From contig NZ_CP110504.1 in NCBI RefSeq assembly GCF_028673255.1, forward strand, positions 30,001 through 62,000: a stretch of 32,000 nucleotides of DNA, read 5' to 3'. Positions 1 to 9,016 of this stretch are shown in pieces. The notes below the pieces were generated by a model. The model ran no database searches and was not told the DNA's origin. It saw only the letters and a program-made list of their open reading frames with translations. Numbering within the stretch: the stretch's first letter is position 1; every line of letters starts with the position of its first letter. The translations under genes and the position numbers were made by a program. This stretch comes from Candidatus Saccharimonadota bacterium (GTDB lineage Bacteria; Bacteroidota; Bacteroidia; Flavobacteriales; Blattabacteriaceae).

Positions 1-2
1 GT

Positions 3-821
3 CAAAATAATAAGGCAAATTTAAAAGTAATTCCAGTGAACTCAGAAGGAGAATTAAATATTAGAGTTTTTAAGAAATTAATGACAAAAAAAACCAAATT
101 GATTTCTATTAGTCATGTTACTAATACGTTTGGTATTCTTAATCCTATTAATAAAATTATTAAAACGGCTCATAAGCATAATTCTTTAGTTTTAATTGAT
201 GGTTCACAAGCAATATCCCATATCACTATTGATGTGCAAAATTTAGATTGTGACTTTTATGTGTTTTCAATACATAAAATGTATGGACCGACTGGTCTAG
301 GTATTTTATATGGTAAAAAAAAAGTCCTTGATAAGTTTCCTCCTTATAAGTGTGGTGGTGGAATGATTGAAAAAGTAAATTTCAAAAAAACTAGATTTTC
401 TGGTCTTCCTTTTAAGCTAGAAGCTGGTACACCAAACATTGCAGGGATTATTGGAACTAATAAAGCTTTACAACTTCTAGTAAATTATTCTATTATAAAA
501 ATAAATAGTTATGAAACCAAACTACTAAAATATGCTATTAAAATTTTAAGTAATATTAATGGTATGAAAATTTATTACAATAATTCTAAACTTACAAAAA
601 TTTTATCTTTTAATATAGAAAATATACATTCCTTTGACTTGGGAAAATTATTAAATAATTATGGAATAGCTGTTAGAACTGGAACACATTGTGCTCAACC
701 AATCATGGAGTACTTAAAAATTAATGGTACTATTCGTATAAGTTTTGCCATGTACAATACTATTGAAGAAATTGATATATTTTATAAATACTTAATCAAA
801 TGTTTAGATATTTTAAGATGA
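3..821 (+). CDS. sufS: cysteine desulfurase SufS, 5' end outside window
   Basis: The frame is open from nt 3, upstream of the GTG the ORF track starts from. The translation carries SufS/class-V strings HKMYGPTGLGILYGK and the catalytic Cys loop RTGTHCAQP. Stop is TGA at 819-821. Confidence 0.85.
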   Translation, partial: QNNKANLKVIPVNSEGELNIRVFKKLMTKKTKLISISHVTNTFGILNPINKIIKTAHKHNSLVLIDGSQAISHITIDVQNLDCDFYVFSIHKMYGPTGLGILYGKKKVLDKFPPYKCGGGMIEKVNFKKTRFSGLPFKLEAGTPNIAGIIGTNKALQLLVNYSIIKINSYETKLLKYAIKILSNINGMKIYYNNSKLTKILSFNIENIHSFDLGKLLNNYGIAVRTGTHCAQPIMEYLKINGTIRISFAMYNTIEEIDIFYKYLIKCLDILR

Positions 822-2497
822 CAAAAAAAATTAAACTTTTAAAGTTAATAAATTTAAAAGAATTAGAATTAATACTTAACGTACCAAAAGAAAAACTAAG
901 AACTCGTTGTAGTTCATTAGGGATTAAAGTATCTTGTTCTCAACGATTAGATTATGAATTATTGACTTTAGTTGCTTCAGAGTTTGGATATGAAGTAGAA
1001 TTGATAGAGAAAGGAATACGCACTAAATCAAGAGATCCAGTTATTATTCTTTTAGGTCACGTTGATCATGGAAAAACTTCTTTATTAGATTACATAAAAA
1101 GAAGCCAAGTAAATTATGAAGAATATGGTGGGATTACTCAAAATATAGGTGTGTATAAAGTAAATATTAATAAAAAGAATAGTTTAACATTTATCGATAC
1201 TCCAGGACATGAAGCTTTTATGGCGATGAGATATAGGGGTACTCAAATAACTGATATCGCAATAATAGTAATAGCAACTGATGAAGACATTATGCCACAT
1301 ACTAATGAAGCAATAAATAATGCACAAGCTGTTGGCATACCAATTATATTTGCTTTTAATAAAATAGATACTAATACTTCAGATCCAGAGAAAATCATGA
1401 GAAAATTAGCAGAAAGAAATATTTTAGTTGAAGAATGGGGTGGGGCTTATCAGTCACAAGAAATATCTGCAAAATATGGCATTGGAATAGACAAACTAAT
1501 AGAAAAAATAATTTTAGAAGCTGAATTATTAAATTTAAAATACTCTAAAGAGAATTTTGCTGTAGGTTCAATCATAGAATCTTCTTTAAATAAAGAAAAT
1601 GGATACACAGCTACCATAATTATTAAAGATGGAATTTTATTTGTAGGAGATTATATATTAGTTGGAAAAATTTTTGGTAAAGTAATTAAAATCATAGATG
1701 AAAGAGGGAATCAACTGAAATATGTTCTCCCTTCACGACCAGTATTAATTTTTGGTCTTAATGGAGCTCCAGCATCTGGAGAGATATTTAATTCTTATAA
1801 AACAGAACAAGAATTTAAAAATATTTTTAACAAATTTAAAAAAGAGCAAGAACCATTAATATTAGCTGAACAAGAAAAAATTTCATTCCATAAGCTGGAA
1901 GAGCAAGAACAACAAGAACAACTAAACTTAATAATTAAGGCAGACTTAAACGGATCTATAGAAGCTATTACTGAATCTTTAGAAAATAATAACAAAGTAA
2001 ATTTAATTTCTAAAAGAATAGGGAATATTAATGAATCGGATGTTTTACTAGCATATACTTACAAAGCTATGATAGTTGGTTTTAAAGTTAAAATTTCTGA
2101 CGAAGCAACAAAATTAGCTACTAAGAATAATATAGTAATTAAATCATATAATCTAATATATAAACTTGAGAACAAGATAAATGAATTCTTTATAACTAGC
2201 AAAAATTCAAAGATAAAAGATTTCATTTACGGTAGAGCAAAAGTAACAAATTTTTTTACTCTACGAAAAATTGGGATAGTAGCAGGTTGTCTTGTTTTAG
2301 AAGGGAAAATTGTTAGAAACTCCACAATAAAATTAAAAAGAGATGATAAAATTATTTATGTTGGAAAATTGAATTCTTTGAAAAATTTGAAAAAAGATGT
2401 CAATATCGTAAAACAAGGGTCTGAATGTGGAATAAATATTAAAAAGTTTAAGAAACTTAAAATCGGAGATATTATAGAATCATATAGAATCATATAA
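800..2497 (+). CDS. infB: translation initiation factor IF-2, strongly shortened N-terminus
   Basis: GTPase motifs GHVDHGKT, DTPGH and NKID are present, followed by an IF2 C-terminal body. An alternative in-frame start ATG at 818 forms an ATGA overlap with the sufS stop. Confidence 0.9.
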   Translation: MFRYFKMTKKIKLLKLINLKELELILNVPKEKLRTRCSSLGIKVSCSQRLDYELLTLVASEFGYEVELIEKGIRTKSRDPVIILLGHVDHGKTSLLDYIKRSQVNYEEYGGITQNIGVYKVNINKKNSLTFIDTPGHEAFMAMRYRGTQITDIAIIVIATDEDIMPHTNEAINNAQAVGIPIIFAFNKIDTNTSDPEKIMRKLAERNILVEEWGGAYQSQEISAKYGIGIDKLIEKIILEAELLNLKYSKENFAVGSIIESSLNKENGYTATIIIKDGILFVGDYILVGKIFGKVIKIIDERGNQLKYVLPSRPVLIFGLNGAPASGEIFNSYKTEQEFKNIFNKFKKEQEPLILAEQEKISFHKLEEQEQQEQLNLIIKADLNGSIEAITESLENNNKVNLISKRIGNINESDVLLAYTYKAMIVGFKVKISDEATKLATKNNIVIKSYNLIYKLENKINEFFITSKNSKIKDFIYGRAKVTNFFTLRKIGIVAGCLVLEGKIVRNSTIKLKRDDKIIYVGKLNSLKNLKKDVNIVKQGSECGINIKKFKKLKIGDIIESYRII

Positions 2498-2524
2498 TTA
2501 ATATTTCTTACGCCTTAGTATAAT

Positions 2525-2773
2525 TTAACTTTCCAGTAAATTTATATCATTCTGTAGTTTTCTTTTTAATCTATTTGCTTTATTTTTATGTATTAGTTTT
2601 TTTTTTGCTAATTTATCTATTAATGAAGAGGTCAACCTATATTTTTGTTGTGCTAATTTTTTATCTTTTACTGATTTATTCTTTTTCATCGCAGTCTTGG
2701 TGGATTTTAAAAAATATTTGTTGGTTTTTGTAATCTTATAATTTTTACGTTTTTCAAATTTCTGTGAAACCAT
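2525..2773 (-). CDS. rpsT: 30S ribosomal protein S20
   Basis: An 82-aa K/R-rich protein containing the S20-typical string LIDKLAKKKLIHKNKANRLKRKL. Confidence 0.8.
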   Translation of the reverse strand: MVSQKFEKRKNYKITKTNKYFLKSTKTAMKKNKSVKDKKLAQQKYRLTSSLIDKLAKKKLIHKNKANRLKRKLQNDINLLES

Positions 2774-2787
2774 TATTTTTCTTATTA

Positions 2788-2859
2788 TAGCTCATAGGGG
2801 AATTGAACCCCTCTTTTCAGAATGAAAATCTGATGTCCTAACCACTAGACGAATGGGCC
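2788..2859 (-). tRNA. tRNA-Glu (anticodon UUC)
   Basis: Folded by hand as a 72-nt cloverleaf: GGCCCAT/TC/GTCT-AGTGGTTA-GGAC/A/TCAGA-TTTTCAT-TCTGA/AAAG/AGGGG-TTCAATT-CCCCT/ATGAGCT/A. There is one C4-A69 mismatch and a G1-U72 wobble in the acceptor stem. No CCA is encoded. Confidence 0.85.
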
Positions 2860-2867
2860 AGTAATTA

Positions 2868-3161
2868 TTAACAATTCTCAAATATTAGTTTTTTAACCCC
2901 ATTTAATAAATGTTTTTTGTAACCAACTCCTTTTCTATTTAAAAAAGATTTCACAGTATTAGTTGGTTTTGCCCCTTGTTCTAACCAATATATAGCTTTA
3001 TCCACATTGACTTCAACAATATATGGTTTTGGAATAGGATTGTAAATTCCTATTTGTTCAATGAATTTACCATCTCTAGGATAATTTGAATTAGCTATTA
3101 CAATGGAATAAAAAGGTTGTTTTTTTTTTCCTTTTCTTTGTAGGCGTATTCTGAGAGACAT
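2868..3161 (-). CDS. rpsP: 30S ribosomal protein S16
   Basis: The S16 N-terminus MSLRIRLQRKGKKKQPFYSIVIA begins at the internal ATG (3161-3159). The 16 upstream codons of the tracked ORF read like spacer sequence. Confidence 0.88.
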   Translation of the reverse strand: MSLRIRLQRKGKKKQPFYSIVIANSNYPRDGKFIEQIGIYNPIPKPYIVEVNVDKAIYWLEQGAKPTNTVKSFLNRKGVGYKKHLLNGVKKLIFENC

Positions 3162-3244
3162 AATAATTTTATTAAAGAATAGAAATAAAGTATATAGAAA
3201 AAAAAACATTTATATTGTAAAAAACATTTATATTTAATGTTGAA

Positions 3245-3315
3245 AGATTCGTGGTGTAATGGTAGCACAGCAGATTTTGGTTCTGTTAGTTGGGGTTCAA
3301 ATCCCTACGAATCTG
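3245..3315 (+). tRNA. tRNA-Gln (anticodon UUG)
   Basis: Folded by hand as a 71-nt cloverleaf: AGATTCG/TG/GTGT-AATGGTA-GCAC/A/GCAGA-TTTTGGT-TCTGT/TAGT/TGGGG-TTCAAAT-CCCTA/CGAATCT/G. Confidence 0.85.
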
Positions 3316-3881
3316 AGATTTATTTTTAAGGATAATTTATATTCTCTAAATCTTTTTAGTTTCTTTTTAGTTCCTGTAATACAGAGTATTACATTTTTAA
3401 AAAGTTTATTTTCTGAAATAATTATATTTTTTTGTATCAGGTAATTTACCAACTTTTTGTATAAACCACGAGTTACTATAACATTGAATTTTTGTTTTAT
3501 TTGTTTTACGTTTGTACATTTAACTTCTACATTAGTTAATTCTAAATATTTAATAAAATCTTTTATTATTTTTATTTTTTTCGAAACTGAGTCGATCAAA
3601 GTAAACTTACAATGATCAAACAATATTGCTAATGGTATTCCTGGTAATCCTCCTCCTGTTCCTGCATCAAGAATTAAAGTATTGTTTATAAATTTTACTA
3701 TGTTAGCAATACTTATAGAAGATAATAAATGATTAATGAAAAAGTCAGTACTAGATTTGTTTGATATAATATTAATTTTATTTTTCCAATATTTATACAT
3801 GTTACTTAGCTCTCTTAATTTATAGATTTGATTTGTTGTTATTTTTATTTTACTTAATTTGGGTTTTAGAAATGCATGCAT
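3297..3881 (-). CDS. rsmG: 16S rRNA (guanine527-N7)-methyltransferase RsmG (GidB)
   Basis: SAM-binding motif LDAGTGGGLPGIPLAI, with RsmG length and layout. The last codons overlap the 3' part of tRNA-Gln on the opposite strand. Confidence 0.8.
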   Translation of the reverse strand: MHAFLKPKLSKIKITTNQIYKLRELSNMYKYWKNKINIISNKSSTDFFINHLLSSISIANIVKFINNTLILDAGTGGGLPGIPLAILFDHCKFTLIDSVSKKIKIIKDFIKYLELTNVEVKCTNVKQIKQKFNVIVTRGLYKKLVNYLIQKNIIISENKLFKNVILCITGTKKKLKRFREYKLSLKINLRFVGI

Positions 3882-3905
3882 ATTATAAACAATTAAATAA
3901 TATTT

Positions 3906-4652
3906 ATGAATTCTTTCTTGTTATCCAATATAATTAAAAAAGTTAAATCATCTCAAACATTAATAATGGCTGAAAAAGCTAAAAAATTAAAACAATTAGG
4001 ATATAATGTTAGAAATTTAAGTATTGGAGAACCTGATTTTTCTACTCAGAATTTTGTTTTAAGAGCTGCTACAAAAGCTATAGATGAAGTAATTCTTCAT
4101 GCTCAGTACTGGGTAAGTTCAATGGTTAAATTTTGTAATGCTAAACCAATAATCCTTTCTTATAATATTGCTTTATTCAAAACTCCATGTAATACAACTG
4201 GTTTTGATAATGTTTCTTATTTAGAAGAATTACAAGTAATAGTAAATATTTTGAAAAATAAGAAAAACATAATAATACTTTCATATGATGAGAAAACAGT
4301 AACATTAAGTGTAAAAAGTATTCTATTATCTAAATCTTTTTCTCTTACTGGATTGAGCATAGGGTATATGGGTGATGCTGAATGGTTCTCAAAAGCTTGT
4401 GTAAAAATTAAATGTAAAAATTATATTGCTCACAAAGCGGCTATATCAGTTGTAGAAACTAGTACAAAAACTTTTATAAAAAAGATTGTTAAGAAATTTA
4501 GAGAAAAAAGAAAGTTATTAATAAAACTATTAAAGGAATTTGGTGTACCTGATGGTGCAACTTATTTCTTTAAAAAGAAATTTAATACTAAAGTTTCTAT
4601 TTCCACTGTGTCAGGATCTGCTTTTGCAACATCTAAAAAAAATATTTTATAA
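3906..4652 (+). CDS. class-I (AspC-like) aminotransferase remnant, 248 aa against roughly 390 expected; possible pseudogene
   Basis: Family landmarks are retained in order: LSIGEPDF, YWVS, TPCNTTG (for NPxNPTG), LSYDE (for SDEIY), SKSFSLTGLSIGY (PLP-Lys motif SKxxxMTGWRIGY) and PDGATYFF. The segments between them are deleted. Confidence 0.55.
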   Translation: MNSFLLSNIIKKVKSSQTLIMAEKAKKLKQLGYNVRNLSIGEPDFSTQNFVLRAATKAIDEVILHAQYWVSSMVKFCNAKPIILSYNIALFKTPCNTTGFDNVSYLEELQVIVNILKNKKNIIILSYDEKTVTLSVKSILLSKSFSLTGLSIGYMGDAEWFSKACVKIKCKNYIAHKAAISVVETSTKTFIKKIVKKFREKRKLLIKLLKEFGVPDGATYFFKKKFNTKVSISTVSGSAFATSKKNIL

Positions 4653-4687
4653 GCATTTATAATAATTAAAATATAAAGTTCTTTTGT

Positions 4688-4867
4688 ATGGCACATCCAA
4701 AGAAAAGAAAATCTAAATCTAAAACACTAAAAAGAAGAAATAGCCAAAAGATCAAGATTCTTAACTTATATAAAGAGAAAATTAGTAAAAAAATTCATGT
4801 ATATCATAGAGGAATTTTAATTGATAAAACTATTTATTATAAAGGGCGAGTCTTTCAAATGAAATGA
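4688..4867 (+). CDS. rpmF: 50S ribosomal protein L32
   Basis: Not in the ORF track. Hand translation gives MAHPKKRKSKSKTLKRRNSQK...YYKGRVFQMK (59 aa) with a typical L32 N-terminus. Stop is TGA at 4865-4867. Confidence 0.85.
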   Translation: MAHPKKRKSKSKTLKRRNSQKIKILNLYKEKISKKIHVYHRGILIDKTIYYKGRVFQMK

Positions 4868-4916
4868 CATAATGCAACTTACTAGTAAGAAAAGTATTTT
4901 ATTAATAGAAATTTAA

Positions 4917-5897
4917 TCATTTTTTTGATAGTAAATTTTTAGCATAAGTTATTATTTTTTCTTTACTAGGGTACCATATTTTAAGTAAGTTTTTTGCATA
5001 AGGAGCAGGAGTATCTTCTAAGGTAATTCTTTTGATTGGAGCATCTAAGTAATCAAAAGCATATTTTTGTACTAAATATGTAATTTCAGAGGAAATAGAA
5101 CCAAATGGCCAAGCTTCTTCTAGAATAATTAATCTATTAGTTTTTTTCACTGATTTTAGTATTGTTTTATAATCCAATGGTCTTATTGTTTTTAAGTCAA
5201 TGATTTCAAGATTAATATTTGCTTTTTCTAGTTCTTTACTTGCTTTAAGAGCAAGTTTTAAAATTTTCCCAAAAGAAACCAGCGTTATATCTGAACCAGT
5301 TCTTTTTATACTAGCTTTACCTAAAGGCAAATAATATTCTTTATTTGGAATATTCATTTGATCACCATACATTATTTCTGATTCTAAGAAAATGATTACA
5401 TCATTATCTTTAATAGCTGATTTTAAAAGCCCTTTTGCATCATATGCATTAGATGGAACGACTACTTTTAATCCAGGACAATGAGCATACCAATTTTCTA
5501 AAGATTGTGAATGTGTAGCACCTAATTGTCCGGCAAACCCAGTAGGCCCTCTAAATACTATTGGTATTTCCCATTGTCCTCCACTCATTTGGCGTATTTT
5601 AGCAGCATTATTTATTATTTGATCTATTGCAACTAAAGAAAAGTTAAAAGTCATAAATTCAATAATTGGACGACACCCATTTAGTGCAGAACCTATTCCT
5701 AGTCCTGAAAAACCTAGTTCTGAAATTGGAGTATCTATCACTCTTTTTTTTCCAAATTCTGATAACATACCTTTAGAGGCTTTATATGCTCCATTATATG
5801 CTCCAACTTCTTCTCCAATTAAATAAATACTTTTGTCTCTTCTCATTTCTTCACTCATAGCTTCTTTAATTGCTTCTCTAAAACTTATTGTTTTCAT
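4917..5897 (-). CDS. pdhB: pyruvate dehydrogenase E1 component, beta subunit
   Basis: A 326-aa protein with a typical E1-beta N-terminus (REAIKEAMSEEMRRDKSIYLIGEEVGAYNGAYKASKGM) and a transketolase-like C-terminal domain. Confidence 0.9.
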   Translation of the reverse strand: MKTISFREAIKEAMSEEMRRDKSIYLIGEEVGAYNGAYKASKGMLSEFGKKRVIDTPISELGFSGLGIGSALNGCRPIIEFMTFNFSLVAIDQIINNAAKIRQMSGGQWEIPIVFRGPTGFAGQLGATHSQSLENWYAHCPGLKVVVPSNAYDAKGLLKSAIKDNDVIIFLESEIMYGDQMNIPNKEYYLPLGKASIKRTGSDITLVSFGKILKLALKASKELEKANINLEIIDLKTIRPLDYKTILKSVKKTNRLIILEEAWPFGSISSEITYLVQKYAFDYLDAPIKRITLEDTPAPYAKNLLKIWYPSKEKIITYAKNLLSKK

Positions 5898-5945
5898 TGT
5901 TTTCTATTGTAATTTTGTTATATAACTTAATAAGTATTTATTTCT

Positions 5946-6896
5946 TTAAAAATTGTTTGAATATAAGAAATAAATTAATTTTCGAATTTTAGATGTATGT
6001 CTTAGTCTTTTTAAAGTATGTATTTCTATTTGTCTACATCTTTCGCGAGTTAATTTTAATATTTTTGCTATTTCTTCTAATGAATGAGGGTAACATCCGA
6101 TACCAAAATGAAGTTTAATAATTTGAGCTTCTCTTTCAGGAAGAGTTTTTAAAACAGATTGTATTTCTTCTTTAAGCGAAGAAAATTCTAAATTTTCTTC
6201 TGCATTTTCACAATTTTCATTTGTTAAAACTTCATACAAGTTTACTGTTTCTTCTCCTTCACTTAATGGAGCATCTAAAGATGGGATTTTATATGAGTTT
6301 AGTATTGCTTCATCTACTTCTTTTTCTGTACATTTTAATGTTTCGCTTATTTCTTTTATAGTGGGTTTTCTTTTTAATTTTTGTTCTAATTTTAATATTA
6401 ATTTCTTTACTTTATTATAAAATGCTATTTTATTTGTTGGGCAACGTATAACACGAGATTGTTCAGAAATAGCTTGTAAAATAGATTGTCTAATCCACCA
6501 AACGCAATATGAAATGCATTTGTATCCTTTTCGTTCATCAAATCTACATATTCCTTTTATTAATCCCAGATTTCCTTCATTGATTAAATCACTAAAACTC
6601 AAGCCTTGGTTTTGATATTTTTTCGCTATAGAAACAACAAAACGAAGGTTTGATTTTATTAATAGATCAATACATTTTTTCGCTATTTTTTTTTCATATG
6701 GAGTTGCCTTTTCGTGATACCCCCTTCGAATTTTTCTAGCCAAAATTATTTCTTCTTTGTTAGATAATAATTGAATTGTTCCTATTTCATCTAAATATTT
6801 TTCAAGAGTTTCTTCATCTAAATTTTGGTATAATTTATTGTTTTGTATTTTGGTAATATTTGTTTTTGTCATTGGTTTTTTTTTTTCTTTAGACAT
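5946..6896 (-). CDS. rpoD: RNA polymerase sigma factor RpoD (sigma-70 family, short Bacteroidota type)
   Basis: Region 2 reads NLRFVVSIAKKYQNQGLSFSDLINEGNLGLIKGICRFDERKGYKCISYCVWWIRQSI. Region 4 reads LPEREAQIIKLHFG...SLEEIAKILKLTRERCRQIE. Confidence 0.92.
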   Translation of the reverse strand: MSKEKKKPMTKTNITKIQNNKLYQNLDEETLEKYLDEIGTIQLLSNKEEIILARKIRRGYHEKATPYEKKIAKKCIDLLIKSNLRFVVSIAKKYQNQGLSFSDLINEGNLGLIKGICRFDERKGYKCISYCVWWIRQSILQAISEQSRVIRCPTNKIAFYNKVKKLILKLEQKLKRKPTIKEISETLKCTEKEVDEAILNSYKIPSLDAPLSEGEETVNLYEVLTNENCENAEENLEFSSLKEEIQSVLKTLPEREAQIIKLHFGIGCYPHSLEEIAKILKLTRERCRQIEIHTLKRLRHTSKIRKLIYFLYSNNF

Positions 6897-9007
6897 CAGA
6901 AGTATTTATTTGAAAAGATCATTTTACCATTTTTATTATCTACTCCCAAATATTTTACGTAGATTATATCTCCAATTTTTAAAAAATATTCTAATCTATC
7001 AAATTTCTTGAAATTAATTTCATAAATATGTAATATACTTTCTATACATTTAGAAAATTCAATAAACACCAAAAAATCTTTTATAGATTTAATTTTTGCC
7101 TTATATATGTATCCAATTTTAGGAAAAAAAATACTAGATTTTATTAAGATTCCTGCTTTTTTAATTTCTTCATTTTTTTTTCCAATTATTTCAATACGTC
7201 CTAAATTATTTTTTTCCTCGATAAAAATACTTGTATTAGTTTCATTTTGAATTTCATGAATTTGTTTTCCACCAGTACCTATAACAGAGCCTATAAAGTA
7301 TTTAGGTATAGTGAAAGCATAAATTTTTGGAGAATGAGGTTTAAGAAATTGTCTATGGTTTGGTATGGTTTTTAACATTTTTCTTAAAATAAATAATCTA
7401 CCAATTTTAGCCTTAACAAGTATTTTTGCTAAAATTTCAATATTCAAACATTCAACTTTAACATCCATTTGACATGCAGTAATTCCTAGGTTAGTCCCTG
7501 CTATTTTAAAATCCAGATCTCCCAAAGAATCTTCTTCTCCTAATATATCTGAGAGCACAATTTTTTCTCCAGTTGATTTCTTGAGAATTAAGCCGACAGA
7601 AAGTCCTGCGACAGGTCTGAGAATAGGTATTCCAGCATCCATCAATGCTAAAGTACTAGCGCAGACAGTTGCCATAGAAGAAGAACCATTAGATTCTAAT
7701 ACATCTGCTACTATTCTTATAGTATATGGATTATTATTTGGAATGATATTCTTTAAAGCTCTTTTAGCTAAATTACCATGTCCTATTTCTCTACGTGATA
7801 TCCCTCTAACTAGTCTTATTTCTCCAGTAGAAAAAGGGTTAAAATTATAGTGTAAATAAAATTTTTGTTTATCTTGCTCAATTACAGAATCTATTTTCTT
7901 AACATCTGAATAAGACCCTAGAGTAAGAGTAGATAAAGCTTGTGTCTCACCTCTGGTAAATAAGGCTGACCCATGAACGACAGGTAAAAAATCAACCTTA
8001 CACCAAATATCTCTTATTTTATTAAATTTCCGGCCATCTAGCCTTTTGTTTGTTTTAAACATTATGTCAATAATAATTTTATTTTTTAATTCGTTGTAAG
8101 AATTTTTTATTTCATTTTCATTTTCTAAACTTATTTTTTCACTGCATTGATGCATTTTGTTTTTAACTTGTTTTAATAAGTTTTCTAATTTTTCGCTTCT
8201 TTTTGATTTACTATAAGAATTAAGAAAAATTTTTTTTATTCTTTTTGTTAGAAATTTAATAATTTTCTTATTAAAGATATTTTTATTTTGTATTGAGTTA
8301 ATTCTTTTATTTGTTTTAATTTTAATTTGTTTTCTTAATCTTTTTTGGGCTGATATTTGAGATTTAATATGTTTGTGAGCATATTTTATAGCTTTTATAA
8401 GTTCCAATTCAGATATTTCTTTCATTTCTCCTTCTATCATAAGAATTGAACTGTTCGACCCACCTATAATCAACTCAAAATTGGATGTTTTAAGTTGTTC
8501 TATTCCAGGATTTAATATAAAAGAATTATTTATTCTAATTATTCTTACGATTGCAACAGGTTTTTTAAAAGGAATTTCAGAAATATATAATGCAGAAGAA
8601 GCTGCTAGGCCTGCTAAAACATCTGGTAATATCCTTTTATCATAAGATAAAAGAGAAATCAGGATTTGAATATCTTTGTATAAGTCTTTTGGAAAAATTG
8701 GTCGTAATACACGATCGATTAGTCTCATCGTCATTATTTCTTCTTCTGTGTGACGGCCTTCTCTTTTAAGATATCCACCCGGAATTTTCCCTATCGCAGA
8801 ATATTTTTCTCTATAATCTATTGTAAGTGGTATAAAATTTACACCTTCTTTTTCTTCTTTTGAAATGACGACTGTAGCCAATAAAATTGTATTTCCCATT
8901 CTTATTAGAATTGAGCCATCAGCTTGTTTTGCTAATTGGCCAGTTTCAAGAGTTATATATTTTCCATCATTTAAAAATATGGTTTCTTTTATTAATTTTT
9001 TTCTCAT
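6896..9007 (-). CDS. pnp: polyribonucleotide nucleotidyltransferase (PNPase)
   Basis: A 703-aa protein with two RNase PH domains, a KH domain (IGSVIGTGGKQIHEIQ) and an S1 domain. Its TGA stop overlaps the rpoD ATG by 1 nt (TGATG). Confidence 0.93.
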   Translation of the reverse strand: MRKKLIKETIFLNDGKYITLETGQLAKQADGSILIRMGNTILLATVVISKEEKEGVNFIPLTIDYREKYSAIGKIPGGYLKREGRHTEEEIMTMRLIDRVLRPIFPKDLYKDIQILISLLSYDKRILPDVLAGLAASSALYISEIPFKKPVAIVRIIRINNSFILNPGIEQLKTSNFELIIGGSNSSILMIEGEMKEISELELIKAIKYAHKHIKSQISAQKRLRKQIKIKTNKRINSIQNKNIFNKKIIKFLTKRIKKIFLNSYSKSKRSEKLENLLKQVKNKMHQCSEKISLENENEIKNSYNELKNKIIIDIMFKTNKRLDGRKFNKIRDIWCKVDFLPVVHGSALFTRGETQALSTLTLGSYSDVKKIDSVIEQDKQKFYLHYNFNPFSTGEIRLVRGISRREIGHGNLAKRALKNIIPNNNPYTIRIVADVLESNGSSSMATVCASTLALMDAGIPILRPVAGLSVGLILKKSTGEKIVLSDILGEEDSLGDLDFKIAGTNLGITACQMDVKVECLNIEILAKILVKAKIGRLFILRKMLKTIPNHRQFLKPHSPKIYAFTIPKYFIGSVIGTGGKQIHEIQNETNTSIFIEEKNNLGRIEIIGKKNEEIKKAGILIKSSIFFPKIGYIYKAKIKSIKDFLVFIEFSKCIESILHIYEINFKKFDRLEYFLKIGDIIYVKYLGVDNKNGKMIFSNKYF

Positions 9008-9016
9008 ATTTGATCT

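Noticed and set aside
1795-1995. A 66-aa Cys/Ser-rich minus-strand ORF.
   Set aside because: It is antisense to the Glu/Gln-rich linker of infB; GAA/CAA repeats read as TTC/TTG/TGC on the other strand.
3162-3209. The N-terminal 16 codons (MFFFLYTLFLFFNKII) of the tracked rpsP ORF.
   Set aside because: S16 homology starts exactly at the internal Met (MSLRIRLQRKG). The extension is a poly-T/A spacer read in frame.
3202-3234. A direct repeat aaaaacatttatatt occurring twice (3202-3216 and 3220-3234) in the rpsP/tRNA-Gln divergent spacer, considered as duplicated promoter elements.
   Set aside because: It is low-complexity AT sequence with no match to the Bacteroidota TAnnTTTG -7 motif that I could see. 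I cannot support a regulatory call from sequence alone.
3259-3444. A 61-aa plus-strand ORF.
   Set aside because: It begins inside tRNA-Gln and continues antisense to rsmG.
7581-7850. An 89-aa plus-strand ORF. A 71-aa plus-strand ORF at 8865-9080 falls in the same category.
   Set aside because: Both are antisense to pnp, and the second also to the rpsO end. Neither has family resemblance.
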